64,000 nucleotides of DNA from Candidatus Moraniibacteriota bacterium (GTDB lineage Bacteria; Patescibacteriota; Minisyncoccia; Moranbacterales; UBA9337), in the NCBI GenBank assembly GCA_049287345.1, contig JBAQFQ010000010.1, positions 7,795 to 71,794 on the forward strand, written 5' to 3'. How positions within the stretch are numbered: the stretch's first letter is position 1; each line of letters starts with the position of its first letter. Positions 49,152 through 59,102 of the stretch are shown here, one piece after another. The notes beneath the pieces were generated by a model that saw only the letters and a program-made list of their open reading frames with translations, was not told the DNA's origin and did no database searches. The translations under genes were made by a program, and so were the position numbers.

Positions 49152-49178
49152 CCGTCCGTCCGCCGAGGCGGACGAGAC
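49152..49178 (-). promoter_or_regulatory. GC-rich hairpin in the tuf-rpsJ spacer (tuf terminator and/or S10-operon leader structure)
   Basis: TCCGTCCGCC-gag-GGCGGACGA stem, exceptionally GC-rich for this genome, without a clear U-tract. Confidence 0.45.
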
Positions 49179-49206
49179 AGGGTGAAGTTCACTCAAATAT
49201 ATGTAA

Positions 49207-50397
49207 TTATTTGATAATTTTTGTTGCAATACCAGCACCTACAGTTCTTCCACCTTCTCGAATTGCAAATCTCATTCCCTCTTCCATCGCTACATTAGAT
49301 GAAAGTTTGATTTTTAGATTTACAGTATCTCCAGGCATAACCATTTCAGTTCCTTCTGGAAGCTCTACTTCTCCAGTTACATCAGTAGTTCGAATATAGA
49401 ACTGAGGTTTGTAACCCTTGAAGAAAGGAGTATGTCTTCCACCTTCTTCTTTAGTAAGAACGTAGATTTCTCCTTCAAATTCGCTATGAGGAGTAATAGA
49501 TCCAGGAGCTGCCAAAACTTGACCTCTCTCTACATCTTCTTTCTTAGTTCCTCGAATAAGAATTCCAGCATTGTCTCCAGCTTGACCCTTATCTAATTGC
49601 TTATTAAACATCTCAATTCCAGTAACTGTTGTTTTTTGAGTGTCTCTTAAACCAATAATCTCTACTTCATCACCAATTTTTACTGTTCCTCTTTCGATTC
49701 TTCCAGTAATAACGGTTCCTCTACCTTCGATAGAGAAGATATCTTCGATTGGCATCAATAAAGGTTTTTCAGTATCTCTAACTGGTTCTGGAATTTTCTC
49801 ATCCAATGCAGCTAGTAAATCCCAAATTGGCTTAGCTTTTTCATCATCAGGATCAGTTACATTCAAAGCTTGAACAGCTGAACCACGAATAATTGCAGCA
49901 TTTTCACCATCGAATTGATATTTTGAAAGAAGCTCTCTAATTTCTTCCTCAACTAAGTCGATTAATTCAGGATCATCCACCATATCAATCTTGTTAACGA
50001 AAACAACGATATTGGAAACACCTACTTGATTAGCCAAAAGAATGTGCTCTCTAGTTTGTGGCATAGGACCGTCAGTAGCACTTACTACGATAATCGCTCC
50101 GTCCATTTGAGCAGCACCAGTAATCATGTTTTTGATATAGTCAGCATGACCAGGACAGTCAACATGAGCATAATGTCTTTTTTCTGATTCATATTCACAA
50201 TGAGCAGTAGCGATAGTAATACCTCGCTCTCTTTCCTCAGGAGCCTTATCGATTTCTGAGATATTTTTTGCTTTTGCCATTCCTTTTAGGCTTAGCACAT
50301 GTAAAATAGCCGCTGTTAAAGTGGTTTTACCATGGTCAACATGACCGATTGTTCCCACATTAACATGGGGTTTGGTTCTTTCAAATTTTTCTGCCAT
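49207..50397 (-). CDS. tuf: Elongation factor Tu
   Basis: [18 protein letters not shown]-motifs; 396 aa. Confidence 0.97.
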   Translation of the reverse strand: MAEKFERTKPHVNVGTIGHVDHGKTTLTAAILHVLSLKGMAKAKNISEIDKAPEERERGITIATAHCEYESEKRHYAHVDCPGHADYIKNMITGAAQMDGAIIVVSATDGPMPQTREHILLANQVGVSNIVVFVNKIDMVDDPELIDLVEEEIRELLSKYQFDGENAAIIRGSAVQALNVTDPDDEKAKPIWDLLAALDEKIPEPVRDTEKPLLMPIEDIFSIEGRGTVITGRIERGTVKIGDEVEIIGLRDTQKTTVTGIEMFNKQLDKGQAGDNAGILIRGTKKEDVERGQVLAAPGSITPHSEFEGEIYVLTKEEGGRHTPFFKGYKPQFYIRTTDVTGEVELPEGTEMVMPGDTVNLKIKLSSNVAMEEGMRFAIREGGRTVGAGIATKIIK

Positions 50398-50537
50398 AAA
50401 ACTTTACGCTGCGAAAGAAAATCCACCTTCGCATTTTTTATATTTTATTAATTATTATTTTTTAAAAATAAATTCTTTTTCTTTGTAAAAAATAACGCAA
50501 CACAAAAATAACATTCCGCTTTTCTTTGTGATACCCA

Positions 50538-50568
50538 ATAATAATAGCACTCTTATTTTTTTTGTCAA
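50538..50568 (-). promoter_or_regulatory. Candidate tuf promoter TTGACA-N16/17-TATTAT (minus sense)
   Basis: The reverse complement of 50536-50568 reads ttgacaaaaaaaataagagtgctattat. A hairpin enclosing the AGGTGG Shine-Dalgarno sits just upstream of the ATG. Confidence 0.5.
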
Positions 50569-50774
50569 TAGGAAAGTCTCTACTAATTACGAATCTGTAC
50601 GAATATACAAAAAAAGTCACAAATTTCTTTATCTATAGGGCAAATGACCATTTTTTAATTCTCAATTTTCAATCAATCTTCAATGATTTAATATCCAGAA
50701 AATTCAATCCTCCACTTCTTAAAATAAATTAAATTTATCATTTCAAAAATACACCCAATTTTACATGGTCTTCC

Positions 50775-50803
50775 GTACAGACGAGGCACTGCCTCGTCTC
50801 TAC
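50775..50803. repeat. Hairpin element GTACAGACGAGGCactGCCTCGTCTCTAC, left boundary of the ORF6N insertion
   Basis: Inverted copy at 51513-51538; shares the GGCACTGCC apex with the 4871 and 16873 hairpins. Confidence 0.75.
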
Positions 50804-50806
50804 AAT

Positions 50807-51427
50807 CTATTTTTTCGCCTCCCTAAAACCTATTACTTTCAACTCTTTATCTTTGGGGTCAGTCATCATTAGTCTGTTGATAATTTTAAATATAATCTTG
50901 AAATTAGATTCATTTTTCTTTTCCATTTTTTCTATTTTATCACGTAGTTCTTTGTGAGTTGAAAGTATTTTTCTCATCCCAATAAACGCTCGCATTATTT
51001 GAATATTCACTTGGATAGCTCGATCGCTTTTAAGAACGCTCGAAAGCATAGCAATGCCTGGTTCGGTAAAAACGTATGGCAGATATTTTATATTTTGACC
51101 CCTGTTCAAGGTCACAATTTGTGACCTTGAAAATTTATCATTTCTTGAAGTCACAATTTGTGACCTTGAGTTTTCATCACTTGAGGTGCCAAATTGGAAC
51201 CCTGAGAAGATATCTGCTTCTTTTTTATTAAGCTGAAACATAAAATCTTCCGGAAATCTTTTTATGTTTCTTTTAACTGCTTGATTGAGAACTTTTGTTT
51301 CTACGCCATAAAGCAACGCAAGATCTTTATCAAATATTACCTTCTCACCTCTGATATAGTAAATCTTTCCGATAATTCTTTCATCAGGAATAATAACTAT
51401 TGATTTTTTGTTTTTAGCTTCGGACAT
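50807..51427 (-). CDS. ORF6N-domain (KilA-N-related) phage-associated DNA-binding protein, inserted between fusA and tuf
   Basis: LALLYGVETKVLNQAVKRNIKRFPEDFMFQL and RSQIVTS...LPYVFTEPGIAMLSSVLKSDRAIQVNIQIMRAF match the ORF6N family. Contains an in-frame 39-nt tandem duplication. Confidence 0.65.
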   Translation of the reverse strand: MSEAKNKKSIVIIPDERIIGKIYYIRGEKVIFDKDLALLYGVETKVLNQAVKRNIKRFPEDFMFQLNKKEADIFSGFQFGTSSDENSRSQIVTSRNDKFSRSQIVTLNRGQNIKYLPYVFTEPGIAMLSSVLKSDRAIQVNIQIMRAFIGMRKILSTHKELRDKIEKMEKKNESNFKIIFKIINRLMMTDPKDKELKVIGFREAKK

Positions 51428-51512
51428 TTTGTTTTATGAAGATTTTACTATGCCTTAATTTTATCACGAAATCACCCCATCATACAAACAAAAATTAAAA
51501 AATACCAATATC

Positions 51513-51538
51513 GAGACGAGGCAGTGCCTAGTCTGTAC
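51513..51538. repeat. Hairpin element, right boundary of the ORF6N insertion (inverted copy of 50775-50803)
   Basis: GAGACGAGGCagtGCCTAGTCTGTAC. Confidence 0.75.
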
Positions 51539-51540
51539 AC

Positions 51541-51577
51541 AAAACAAAAACCTCGACATAGTGTCGAGGTTTTTTTA
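51541..51577. terminator. fusA terminator (bidirectional)
   Basis: CCTCGACA-tag-TGTCGAGG with an A-run before and TTTTTTT after. Confidence 0.85.
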
Positions 51578-51601
51578 TCTATCTATAAAAGATTCTAATC
51601 T

Positions 51602-53734
51602 CTATTTTTTGTCTCCACTGATTATCTCTTGCGCAATATTGGATGGAACTTCAGCATATCTGGCAAATTCCATTACTGATGATGCTCGACCCTGAGTCAT
51701 GCTGCGAAGCTGAGTAGTGTAACCAAACATCGCGGAAAGCGGAACTTCTGTTTCAATTTCTTTAATAATCGCTGTTCCCTCACCCTTGTCGTTAATTTCC
51801 TTAATTATTCCCCGACGAGAATTGATATCACCTACTACGTCTCCCATATATTGCTCTGGAGCACTTATTACAACTTTCATGATTGGTTCAAGTATAATTG
51901 GTTTAGCCATCTTGGCGGCTGATTTGAAAGCCATTGAACCAGCTACCTTAAAGGCGGCTTCGGAGGAATCCACATCATGATATGTTCCATCATAAAGAGT
52001 TGCTTTAACATCCACCATTGGAAATCCAGCTAAAATACCATTTCCCATCGCCTCTTTTATACCCTTTTCTACATGAGGAATAAATTCTTGTGGAATAGCA
52101 CCTCCCTTAATTTCATTAGCAAATTCGAAAATAGAGTCTTCTTTCTTCTTGCCTGATTTTCTTTCCGCCTCTTTTTCCTCCTCAGTCTTCTCCACTTTAA
52201 CCAAAGGTTCAAGACGAATCCAACAATGACCATATTGACCACGACCTCCTGATTGTTTAATATATTTACCTTCAGCCTCAGCATTACCCTTGATAGTTTC
52301 TCGATAAGCCACCTGAGGTTTACCAATATTAGCTTCTACTTTAAATTCTCGCTTCATTCTATCTACCAAAACATCTAGATGAAGCTCACCCATTCCAGAA
52401 ATAATTGTTTGTCCACTCTCTTCATCAGTTCGCACTCTAAAAGTTGGATCCTCTTCAGAAAGTTTTCGTAAAGCAATCGCCATTTTTTCTTGATCAGCTT
52501 TAGTCTTAGGTTCAATAGCGATATCAATCACTGGTTCTGGGAAAGTCATTTTTTCCAAGATTACATGTTTATCCATATCACAAAGAGTGTCTCCAGTAGT
52601 AGTATTTTTGAGTCCTACCAAAGCACCAATTTCACCTACTCCCAAAAATTCGATTTCTTCACGGTGATTAGCGTGCATTCTTAAAATTCGACTAATTCTT
52701 TCTTTTTCCCCCTTAGTTGAATTGTAAACATAAGAACCAGATTTAAGTGAACCAGAATAAATTCTAAAAAAAGTAACTTGTCCCACGAAAGGGTCAGTCG
52801 CCACTTTAAAAGCTAGGGCAGCGAAAGGCTCCTCTTCAGTTGGATGAATATCCAATTCTGCTCCGGTTTTTTCATCCTCAGCTTTTACTGGAGGAAGATC
52901 AAGTGGGGATGGCAAATAATCCAAAACTGCATCCAAAACTAATTGCACACCTTTATTTCGCAAAGCTGTTCCAGTTAAAACTGGGATTAATTTCACATCA
53001 ATCACCGCTTTTCGCAAAGCATCTTTTAATTCCTCTTGAGAAATTTCCTCTCCTTCTAAAAATTTCATTGTTAATTCATCATTTGTTTCAGAAATCTTTT
53101 CTACCAAAATATCTCGACGAGCTTTAGCCTTTTCCATCATCTCCGCTGGGATTTCTTTTTCTACTACTGTCTCACCCATCGCTCCCTCAAATTCATAAGC
53201 TTTCATTTTTACCAAATCAATCACACCAGAAAAATCACCTCTTTCTCCAATTGGAATTTGAATCGCTACCGCCTTAGGGCTAAGTCGATCATGAATTGAT
53301 TTTAAGGCTTTATCAAAATCAGCTCCTTCTTTATCAATTTTATTTATAAAACACATGCGTGGCACACCATATCTATCTGCTTGACGCCAAACAGTTTCAC
53401 TTTGTGGCTCTACACCCTCTTTACCGTCAAAAATAACCACTGCACCATCAAGTACACGTAGTGATCGCTCTACCTCCACAGTAAAATCCACATGGCCAGG
53501 AGTATCGATAATGTTAATTTGGTGTTCTTTCCAAGTACAAGTTGTGGCCGCACTAGTTATAGTGATACCTCGCTCTCGCTCTTGTTCCATCCAGTCCATT
53601 GTTGCTTCTCCCTCATGCACCTCACCAATCTTATGAGTGATTCCAGTATAATACAAAATACGCTCAGTGGTGGTAGTTTTACCTCCATCAATATGAGCAA
53701 TGATTCCAATATTTCTTAGTTTTTTGATATCCAT
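51602..53734 (-). CDS. fusA: Elongation factor G
   Basis: [22 protein letters not shown]-motifs; domains II-V; a lineage-specific Lys/Glu-rich insertion. Confidence 0.96.
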   Translation of the reverse strand: MDIKKLRNIGIIAHIDGGKTTTTERILYYTGITHKIGEVHEGEATMDWMEQERERGITITSAATTCTWKEHQINIIDTPGHVDFTVEVERSLRVLDGAVVIFDGKEGVEPQSETVWRQADRYGVPRMCFINKIDKEGADFDKALKSIHDRLSPKAVAIQIPIGERGDFSGVIDLVKMKAYEFEGAMGETVVEKEIPAEMMEKAKARRDILVEKISETNDELTMKFLEGEEISQEELKDALRKAVIDVKLIPVLTGTALRNKGVQLVLDAVLDYLPSPLDLPPVKAEDEKTGAELDIHPTEEEPFAALAFKVATDPFVGQVTFFRIYSGSLKSGSYVYNSTKGEKERISRILRMHANHREEIEFLGVGEIGALVGLKNTTTGDTLCDMDKHVILEKMTFPEPVIDIAIEPKTKADQEKMAIALRKLSEEDPTFRVRTDEESGQTIISGMGELHLDVLVDRMKREFKVEANIGKPQVAYRETIKGNAEAEGKYIKQSGGRGQYGHCWIRLEPLVKVEKTEEEKEAERKSGKKKEDSIFEFANEIKGGAIPQEFIPHVEKGIKEAMGNGILAGFPMVDVKATLYDGTYHDVDSSEAAFKVAGSMAFKSAAKMAKPIILEPIMKVVISAPEQYMGDVVGDINSRRGIIKEINDKGEGTAIIKEIETEVPLSAMFGYTTQLRSMTQGRASSVMEFARYAEVPSNIAQEIISGDKK

Positions 53735-53933
53735 ATTTTAATAAAAATTTTTAATTTTAAATTTTTAATTTTAAATAAATTTTAAATGCTCTAATTTATA
53801 ACAAAAAAATAAAACCACTTCTAAAAAAGAATTAGTAATTTTACTTATGATTCAACATCGTTAACGATCTTTAGTCTTTTGGCTTCTTAAGATCTTAAAT
53901 TCCCAACTTCGCAAATTCCTAGCTTTGTAGTGA

Positions 53934-54401
53934 CTAAGCGAAATGCGCAAAAGCTCGGTTAGATTCAGCCATTTTGTGAACATCTTCTTTTTTCTTCATA
54001 GCTGCTCCAGTCTTTTCAGAAGCCTCCAATAATTCGTCCGCTAATTTAGCTGGCATACTCTTACCCTTTCTTTTTTGACAAACATCCTTAATCCAAGCCA
54101 TAGCTAAAGCCTGTCTCTTGTTTCCGGAAACTTGTACTGGCACCTGATAATTTGTGCCTCCTACTCTTTTTGATTTTACTACTAGTAAAGGAGAAACATT
54201 TTTAATGGCTTGTTCAAAAACATTTAATCCACCTTTTTGAGTTTTTTCATGAATAATATCAAAAGCATCGTAAACCACTTTTTCAGCTACGCTTCTTTTT
54301 CCATCTTGCATAATACATCCGATAAATCTACCCAACAAAGAATTACCGTATTTAGAATCGGCTTTCCAATGACTAGGGAATGTTCTTTTTCTTCTTGGCA
54401 T
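53934..54401 (-). CDS. rpsG: 30S ribosomal protein S7
   Basis: S7 signature. Confidence 0.93.
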   Translation of the reverse strand: MPRRKRTFPSHWKADSKYGNSLLGRFIGCIMQDGKRSVAEKVVYDAFDIIHEKTQKGGLNVFEQAIKNVSPLLVVKSKRVGGTNYQVPVQVSGNKRQALAMAWIKDVCQKRKGKSMPAKLADELLEASEKTGAAMKKKEDVHKMAESNRAFAHFA

Positions 54402-54535
54402 AATTGTTATAAATTTTTAATTTAGAATTTTTAATTTTTAATCAATTTCGAATTATTAATTTCTAATTTTTAAAAAATGTGCAACTTTTCTAAATTAATT
54501 TTTAATCTTTAAAATATAGTTATAAAAAATAAATA

Positions 54536-54955
54536 TTATTCAGCTTTCTTTGGTCTCTTAGCTCCATATTTACTGCGCCCTCTGTTTCGACCATCCACTC
54601 CAGCAGTATCCAATACTCCACGCACGATATGATATCGTACACCAGGAAGATCTTTTACTCTTCCTCCGCGAATCATTACGATGGAGTGCTCTTGTAGGTT
54701 ATGTCCGATTCCAGGGATATAAGCAGTTACTTCCATTCCGTTAGTTAGACGTACTCGAGCAATTTTTCTCAACGCTGAGTTCGGTTTTTTAGGAGTAGTA
54801 GTTTTAACACTCAAACAAACTCCACGCTTAAAAGGACCTTGAGATTTTATCGGTCTATTTTGGATAGTATTAAAAACAAAAGCCATTGCTGGTGATTTTG
54901 TCTTCTTCTTAGTTAATGTTCGAGGTTTCTTTTTAAGTTGGTTTATTGTTGGCAT
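54536..54955 (-). CDS. rpsL: 30S ribosomal protein S12 (with an N-terminal insertion)
   Basis: PTINQL start, [19 protein letters not shown]. Confidence 0.93.
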   Translation of the reverse strand: MPTINQLKKKPRTLTKKKTKSPAMAFVFNTIQNRPIKSQGPFKRGVCLSVKTTTPKKPNSALRKIARVRLTNGMEVTAYIPGIGHNLQEHSIVMIRGGRVKDLPGVRYHIVRGVLDTAGVDGRNRGRSKYGAKRPKKAE

Positions 54956-55197
54956 TACTTGAGATTTATAGTATAACTGTCACCTTCACGATAGGTACAC
55001 TACAATAAAAAATTAATTTCACTATTAAAAAAACTGCTACTAAGTAGCACGAGATAATGATATCTAAAAGTTTTAATTTTGTCAAATAAAAAAGTAGTCA
55101 CTAGTAATCAGTCATCAGTAATCAGTAATAAGGATATCTACTCGCAATTTCCACAAACACTTACAGTGGACGAATAAATATAAGCATAATTAACGAT

Positions 55198-55290
55198 GTG
55201 TCATTTCGACTGGATAAATTTCCGTACTCGAAAATTCAGAAATGGACCGCGTGTCGCCTTAGCTTTAGCGGTGGCACAGAAATCTCAAAC
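55198..55290. repeat. GTCAT-type repeat element (TGTCATTTCGACTGGATAAATTTCCGTACTCGAAAATT...GAAATCTCAAAC), long variant
   Basis: Shares both ends with 5037-5095 but carries an extra internal segment of about 35 nt. Confidence 0.7.
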
Positions 55291-55442
55291 ATTAAATATA
55301 TCTTACATAGAATAAGATTTTCATTCTTAAATCTTGAATCATACATCTTAAATCTATTATGCCCAATAAATAAAAAGAACCCAGAATGTAAAAGTTCTAC
55401 ATTCTGAGTTCAGTACCTCTATGCGCCGTCAGCGTTATTCGT

Positions 55443-55874
55443 CTATACAGCGATAACTGAGGTGGCCGTCAAATCAACATTGGAGGAGGCCAGCATTTTT
55501 CCGGCGTGGAAAAAGTTACCTCCGGAACTGGCGGTGATGTCGGTATTACCGAGGTTTAGCTTATTCCATTGTGCACAACTGTATCTCATGTCAGAGGAAG
55601 GGGCAGTTTGTGCGGAGTTGATGAGCTGAAAATTGCCTTGGATGATACCGCGGGTAGCATTGATTGTAACCGGGTGAATCATCTGACCAAACAGTTCAGT
55701 GGAGCCGCCGACAATATCCGTGGGCGGGGTACCTCCTGTATTTGTCGACATCATCACACAATCATTTATCATGGCCGGGCCGCCGACGCAGTTTGCTGCG
55801 AATCCGCTCGATAACGTCATCAAGGCGAGCATCATCACCAATCCTGCCAGAGAAAAACAGAATTTTTTTTTCAT
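55443..55874 (-). CDS. Secreted protein (143 aa, signal peptide) in a GC-rich compositional island; possible pilin/SCPU-like surface protein
   Basis: Signal peptide MKKKFCFSLAGLVMMLALMTLSSGFAA; GC near 50 percent versus about 33 percent background. The family call is only a guess. Confidence 0.55.
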   Translation of the reverse strand: MKKKFCFSLAGLVMMLALMTLSSGFAANCVGGPAMINDCVMMSTNTGGTPPTDIVGGSTELFGQMIHPVTINATRGIIQGNFQLINSAQTAPSSDMRYSCAQWNKLNLGNTDITASSGGNFFHAGKMLASSNVDLTATSVIAV

Positions 55875-56147
55875 TGAAACCTCTTTAGTTGAGTTTCAAC
55901 AACTTGAAAAAAGTTTCCACCTCTTTTGATAGTCAAGAACCGCCTCCTGTCGGTTTCTTATTAACTACCTTGATTTATCTTCATACAACGAACTATCACT
56001 CTAATCATTTCCAAGATTTTCCAACACGATAATAAATTATCATATTTATTTTATTCCCGCAATAGAAAGCACATTTCAAGCTAATAACTTTTTTTAAAAA
56101 TTAAATTATTGAATATTGAATGAACATTGAAAATTGATCATTGAACA

Positions 56148-57959
56148 TTATTCAATCACCGCTTTAATTCTCCTTACGCCAGAGGAAGAACTTTCTTCTT
56201 TTTGAATTTTAAAAGCTCCCTTAATATCACCAGTATTAGCCACATGTGGACCACCACAAATTTCATTAGAAAATCCCTCGATTTTATAAACCTTGACAAC
56301 ATCTCCATATTTATTTTCAAAAGCACCTTCTGCGCCGCCATCTTTGGCATCATCTAGACTCATCTCTTTCATCTCCACTGGCACCTTAGCGGTTATGGCT
56401 TCGTTTACAAATTCCTCCACGGCTTTCTTTTCTTCATCAGTCATCTTTTGAGGATGCGAAAAATCAAAACGCAAACGTTCACCATTAATATTGGAACCCT
56501 TTTGATGCACATGCTCGCCCAAAACTTTGCGCAGTCCAGCCAGCATCAAATGAGCTGCGGTGTGCAATTGAGTGGTTTCTTCTTTATTGTCAGCTAATCC
56601 TCCCTTAAACATCCCCGCACTAGCAGTTCGGGAAAGGTCTTGATGTTTTTTTAATTCTTCATTGAACTCCTCTTCATTTACATTAATATTTTTTTCTTTA
56701 GCTAATTCTCTTGTTAACTCAATAGGAAAGCCATAGGTTTGATAAAGATCAAAGGCAATTTTTCCATTTAATTCCTGATGCTTCTCAAATTCTCTCAAGC
56801 CCACCTCTAAGGTTTTCCTGAATTTATCTTCTTCTTTTTGTAACTCAATCAAAACTTTTTCTTGTAAAATTTCTGGATAAACCTCGCCATACATTCCCTG
56901 TATAACTTTGGCGATTTCAATGGTGAAGTTATCATTAATTCCCAAAAGATGTCCTTGGCGAATCGCTCGACGAATCAAACGACGAAGTACGTAACCTCTC
57001 TCAGTGTTAGATGGTTCAATGCCGTCAGCAATAATAAAAACACTCGCTTTGATATGATCAGCAATAATTCGCATCGATTTTTTTATCTCATCGCTTCCAT
57101 CTAAATATTTTTTATTTGAAAGTTCCTCAATCTTGGCGATTATTGGCAAAAATAAATCCGTATCAAAAACATTCTCCTTGCCAGTTAATACAGTAATTGT
57201 TCTCTCTAGCCCCATTCCCGTATCCACATTTTGCTGAGCCATTTTTTCAAAACTTCCTGGTGCCAATTTATTAAACTCCATAAATACGTCATTCCAGATT
57301 TCCATAATTCTAAACTCATCCACCCATTGTTCATGAGTCTTTCCAGTTAACGCACCCTCTTCTGGTCGCACATCATAAAACATCTCGCTACATGGACCGC
57401 ATGGTCCAGTTTCGCCAGCTGGTCCCCACCAATTATCTTTAGCACCCAAAAGAAAAATCCTAGAATCAGCGAGAGCTTTTTCATCTTCCCCACAAACCCC
57501 AGCTTCAATTCCAACTTTTTTATATTGTTCTTTCCAAGCCTCAATAGATTCATTATCCACTGGAGAATTTTCATCGCCCGCAAAAACTGTCACATAAATT
57601 CTCTTTGGATCAAGTCCTAGCCACTTTTCATTCGTCATAAACTCCCAACTCCAAGCAATGGCCTCTTTTTTAAAATAATCTCCCAGTGACCAATTGCCCA
57701 ACATTTCAAAAAAAGTACAATGACGATTATCACCCACATCATCAATATCCCCTGTTCGGATACACTTTTGACTATCCACCAATCTTTTTCCTTGTGGATG
57801 AACCTCACCCATTAAATATGGTACCAATGGATGCATCCCGGCAGTCGTAAAAAGCACAGTCGGATCATTTTCCGGCACCACTGAGGCACTAGGAATAATC
57901 GCGTGCTCTTTGGATTTAAAAAATTCTAAATATTTTTTTCTGATTTCTGATGCATTCAT
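56148..57959 (-). CDS. alaS: Alanine--tRNA ligase, short form (catalytic plus editing domains, no C-Ala/DHHA1 domain)
   Basis: Class II AlaRS N-terminus (FTTAGMHPLVPYL, GDIDDVGDNRHCTFFEMLGNWS) and editing-domain HxxxH...CGGPHV; 603 aa versus about 870 typical. Confidence 0.9.
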   Translation of the reverse strand: MNASEIRKKYLEFFKSKEHAIIPSASVVPENDPTVLFTTAGMHPLVPYLMGEVHPQGKRLVDSQKCIRTGDIDDVGDNRHCTFFEMLGNWSLGDYFKKEAIAWSWEFMTNEKWLGLDPKRIYVTVFAGDENSPVDNESIEAWKEQYKKVGIEAGVCGEDEKALADSRIFLLGAKDNWWGPAGETGPCGPCSEMFYDVRPEEGALTGKTHEQWVDEFRIMEIWNDVFMEFNKLAPGSFEKMAQQNVDTGMGLERTITVLTGKENVFDTDLFLPIIAKIEELSNKKYLDGSDEIKKSMRIIADHIKASVFIIADGIEPSNTERGYVLRRLIRRAIRQGHLLGINDNFTIEIAKVIQGMYGEVYPEILQEKVLIELQKEEDKFRKTLEVGLREFEKHQELNGKIAFDLYQTYGFPIELTRELAKEKNINVNEEEFNEELKKHQDLSRTASAGMFKGGLADNKEETTQLHTAAHLMLAGLRKVLGEHVHQKGSNINGERLRFDFSHPQKMTDEEKKAVEEFVNEAITAKVPVEMKEMSLDDAKDGGAEGAFENKYGDVVKVYKIEGFSNEICGGPHVANTGDIKGAFKIQKEESSSSGVRRIKAVIE

Positions 57960-58038
57960 TTGGTTTATGAAAATTATCTATTATAATTATATTTACTTTA
58001 TCTCCCTTGAAAATTCCTACATTGCACTACAATTAGAG

Positions 58039-58153
58039 CTGTCATCCCAGAAAATAGAATTTCTTAGCGAAGTCATGAGCGATAGAAATTCATTTATGTG
58101 GGATCTCATTCCGAAGTCTGAGATCCTGAATCAAGTTCAGGATGACAATATTA
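58039..58153. repeat. Inverted-repeat-bounded multi-hairpin element (TGTCATCC...GGATGACA) in the alaS upstream region
   Basis: Outer inverted repeat of 8 nt; inner hairpins GGATCTCA-ttccgaagtc-TGAGATCC and CCTGAA-tcaag-TTCAGG. Confidence 0.65.
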
Positions 58154-58221
58154 GTTCAATCAACAATATGCCATTATAACAATTTCAACATCTATAACAT
58201 CTTCAACAATTACAACACTTT

Positions 58222-58437
58222 CTACTTAATTTTTCCCTTTAATTCACTCTGCTCACTCGAACTTAAAAATTTACCCTCTTTTTTAAATTCATCACTTATT
58301 CGGCTCAAGGCTTTATCTGCTTCAATTCTCTTATTTTCAAAATCTCTCTCAATATCTCTCAAATTAGATTTTTGATAATCCCTAAGTGCGATTCCTTTGG
58401 CTGCGGCAAACTTTTCTACTTCATTTTTTATACCCAT
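58222..58437 (-). CDS. Small hypothetical protein (71 aa)
   Basis: ORF with ATG; charged helical. Confidence 0.45.
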   Translation of the reverse strand: MGIKNEVEKFAAAKGIALRDYQKSNLRDIERDFENKRIEADKALSRISDEFKKEGKFLSSSEQSELKGKIK

Positions 58438-58565
58438 ATTATTAATTTCTAATTATTAATTTTTAATTTTAAATCAAATCTTAATTTTTTAATTTATTAA
58501 ACATTAAATCATTTAATTATTGAAAATTCATTCGAAATTCAAAACTCAAAATTAAAAATTTTTTC

Positions 58566-58994
58566 TCACATTTCCCTTATCTGAATTTCCAACTTCTTTA
58601 TCTCCCGATCCATATCTCGCATATCATCTTGAATTTTCTCCTTCTCATGGCTTTTTTTCCTCACCAGTGAATCCGCCTCGATCGATTTTTCCTGCATTCT
58701 AAGCAAATCTTGCTCCAGCATCTTCTTATTCTTTTTACTGTCTTCAATATTTTGAGTAAGTCTATTGATTTCGTTTTCCAGCGCTCGCAATCTCCCCTTT
58801 TTGCTTTCAATATCATCATTTAACTGATCTCGCTCACGAATAGAATATTGGTTTTCTAAATTAATCTTTTCTATCTTGGCACTTTCCCGATGATATTCTT
58901 CTTTCTTGGCAGTTAAATCTCTACGCAAAGAGGCTCTCGCCATCCTCAACTCATCTGGGTTCATATTATCCTTTGATTGAGTATTGTAATTCAT
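58566..58994 (-). CDS. Coiled-coil protein (142 aa), hypothetical
   Basis: Continuous heptad-like Glu/Lys/Arg/Leu-rich sequence. Confidence 0.5.
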   Translation of the reverse strand: MNYNTQSKDNMNPDELRMARASLRRDLTAKKEEYHRESAKIEKINLENQYSIRERDQLNDDIESKKGRLRALENEINRLTQNIEDSKKNKKMLEQDLLRMQEKSIEADSLVRKKSHEKEKIQDDMRDMDREIKKLEIQIREM

Positions 58995-59102
58995 AATTTT
59001 CTAATTTACATTTTTTTTATTTATATCTCAAACTAAATCCCACACTCTTATATTCCCAACTTCCCACATTCCTAAATTCTTAAATTCCTAATTTTCCAAT
59101 AT

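Noticed and set aside
55198-55407. Track ORF 55198..55407 (+, 69 aa)
   Set aside because: It starts inside the GTCAT-type repeat copy and runs through AT-rich spacer; no SD, no conservation signal. Explained by the repeat element.
57960-58220. T-box riboswitch upstream of alaS
   Set aside because: No T-box consensus (AANNNGGGTGGNACCGCG) and no specifier/antiterminator arrangement. The structure is better described as an inverted-repeat-bounded hairpin element.
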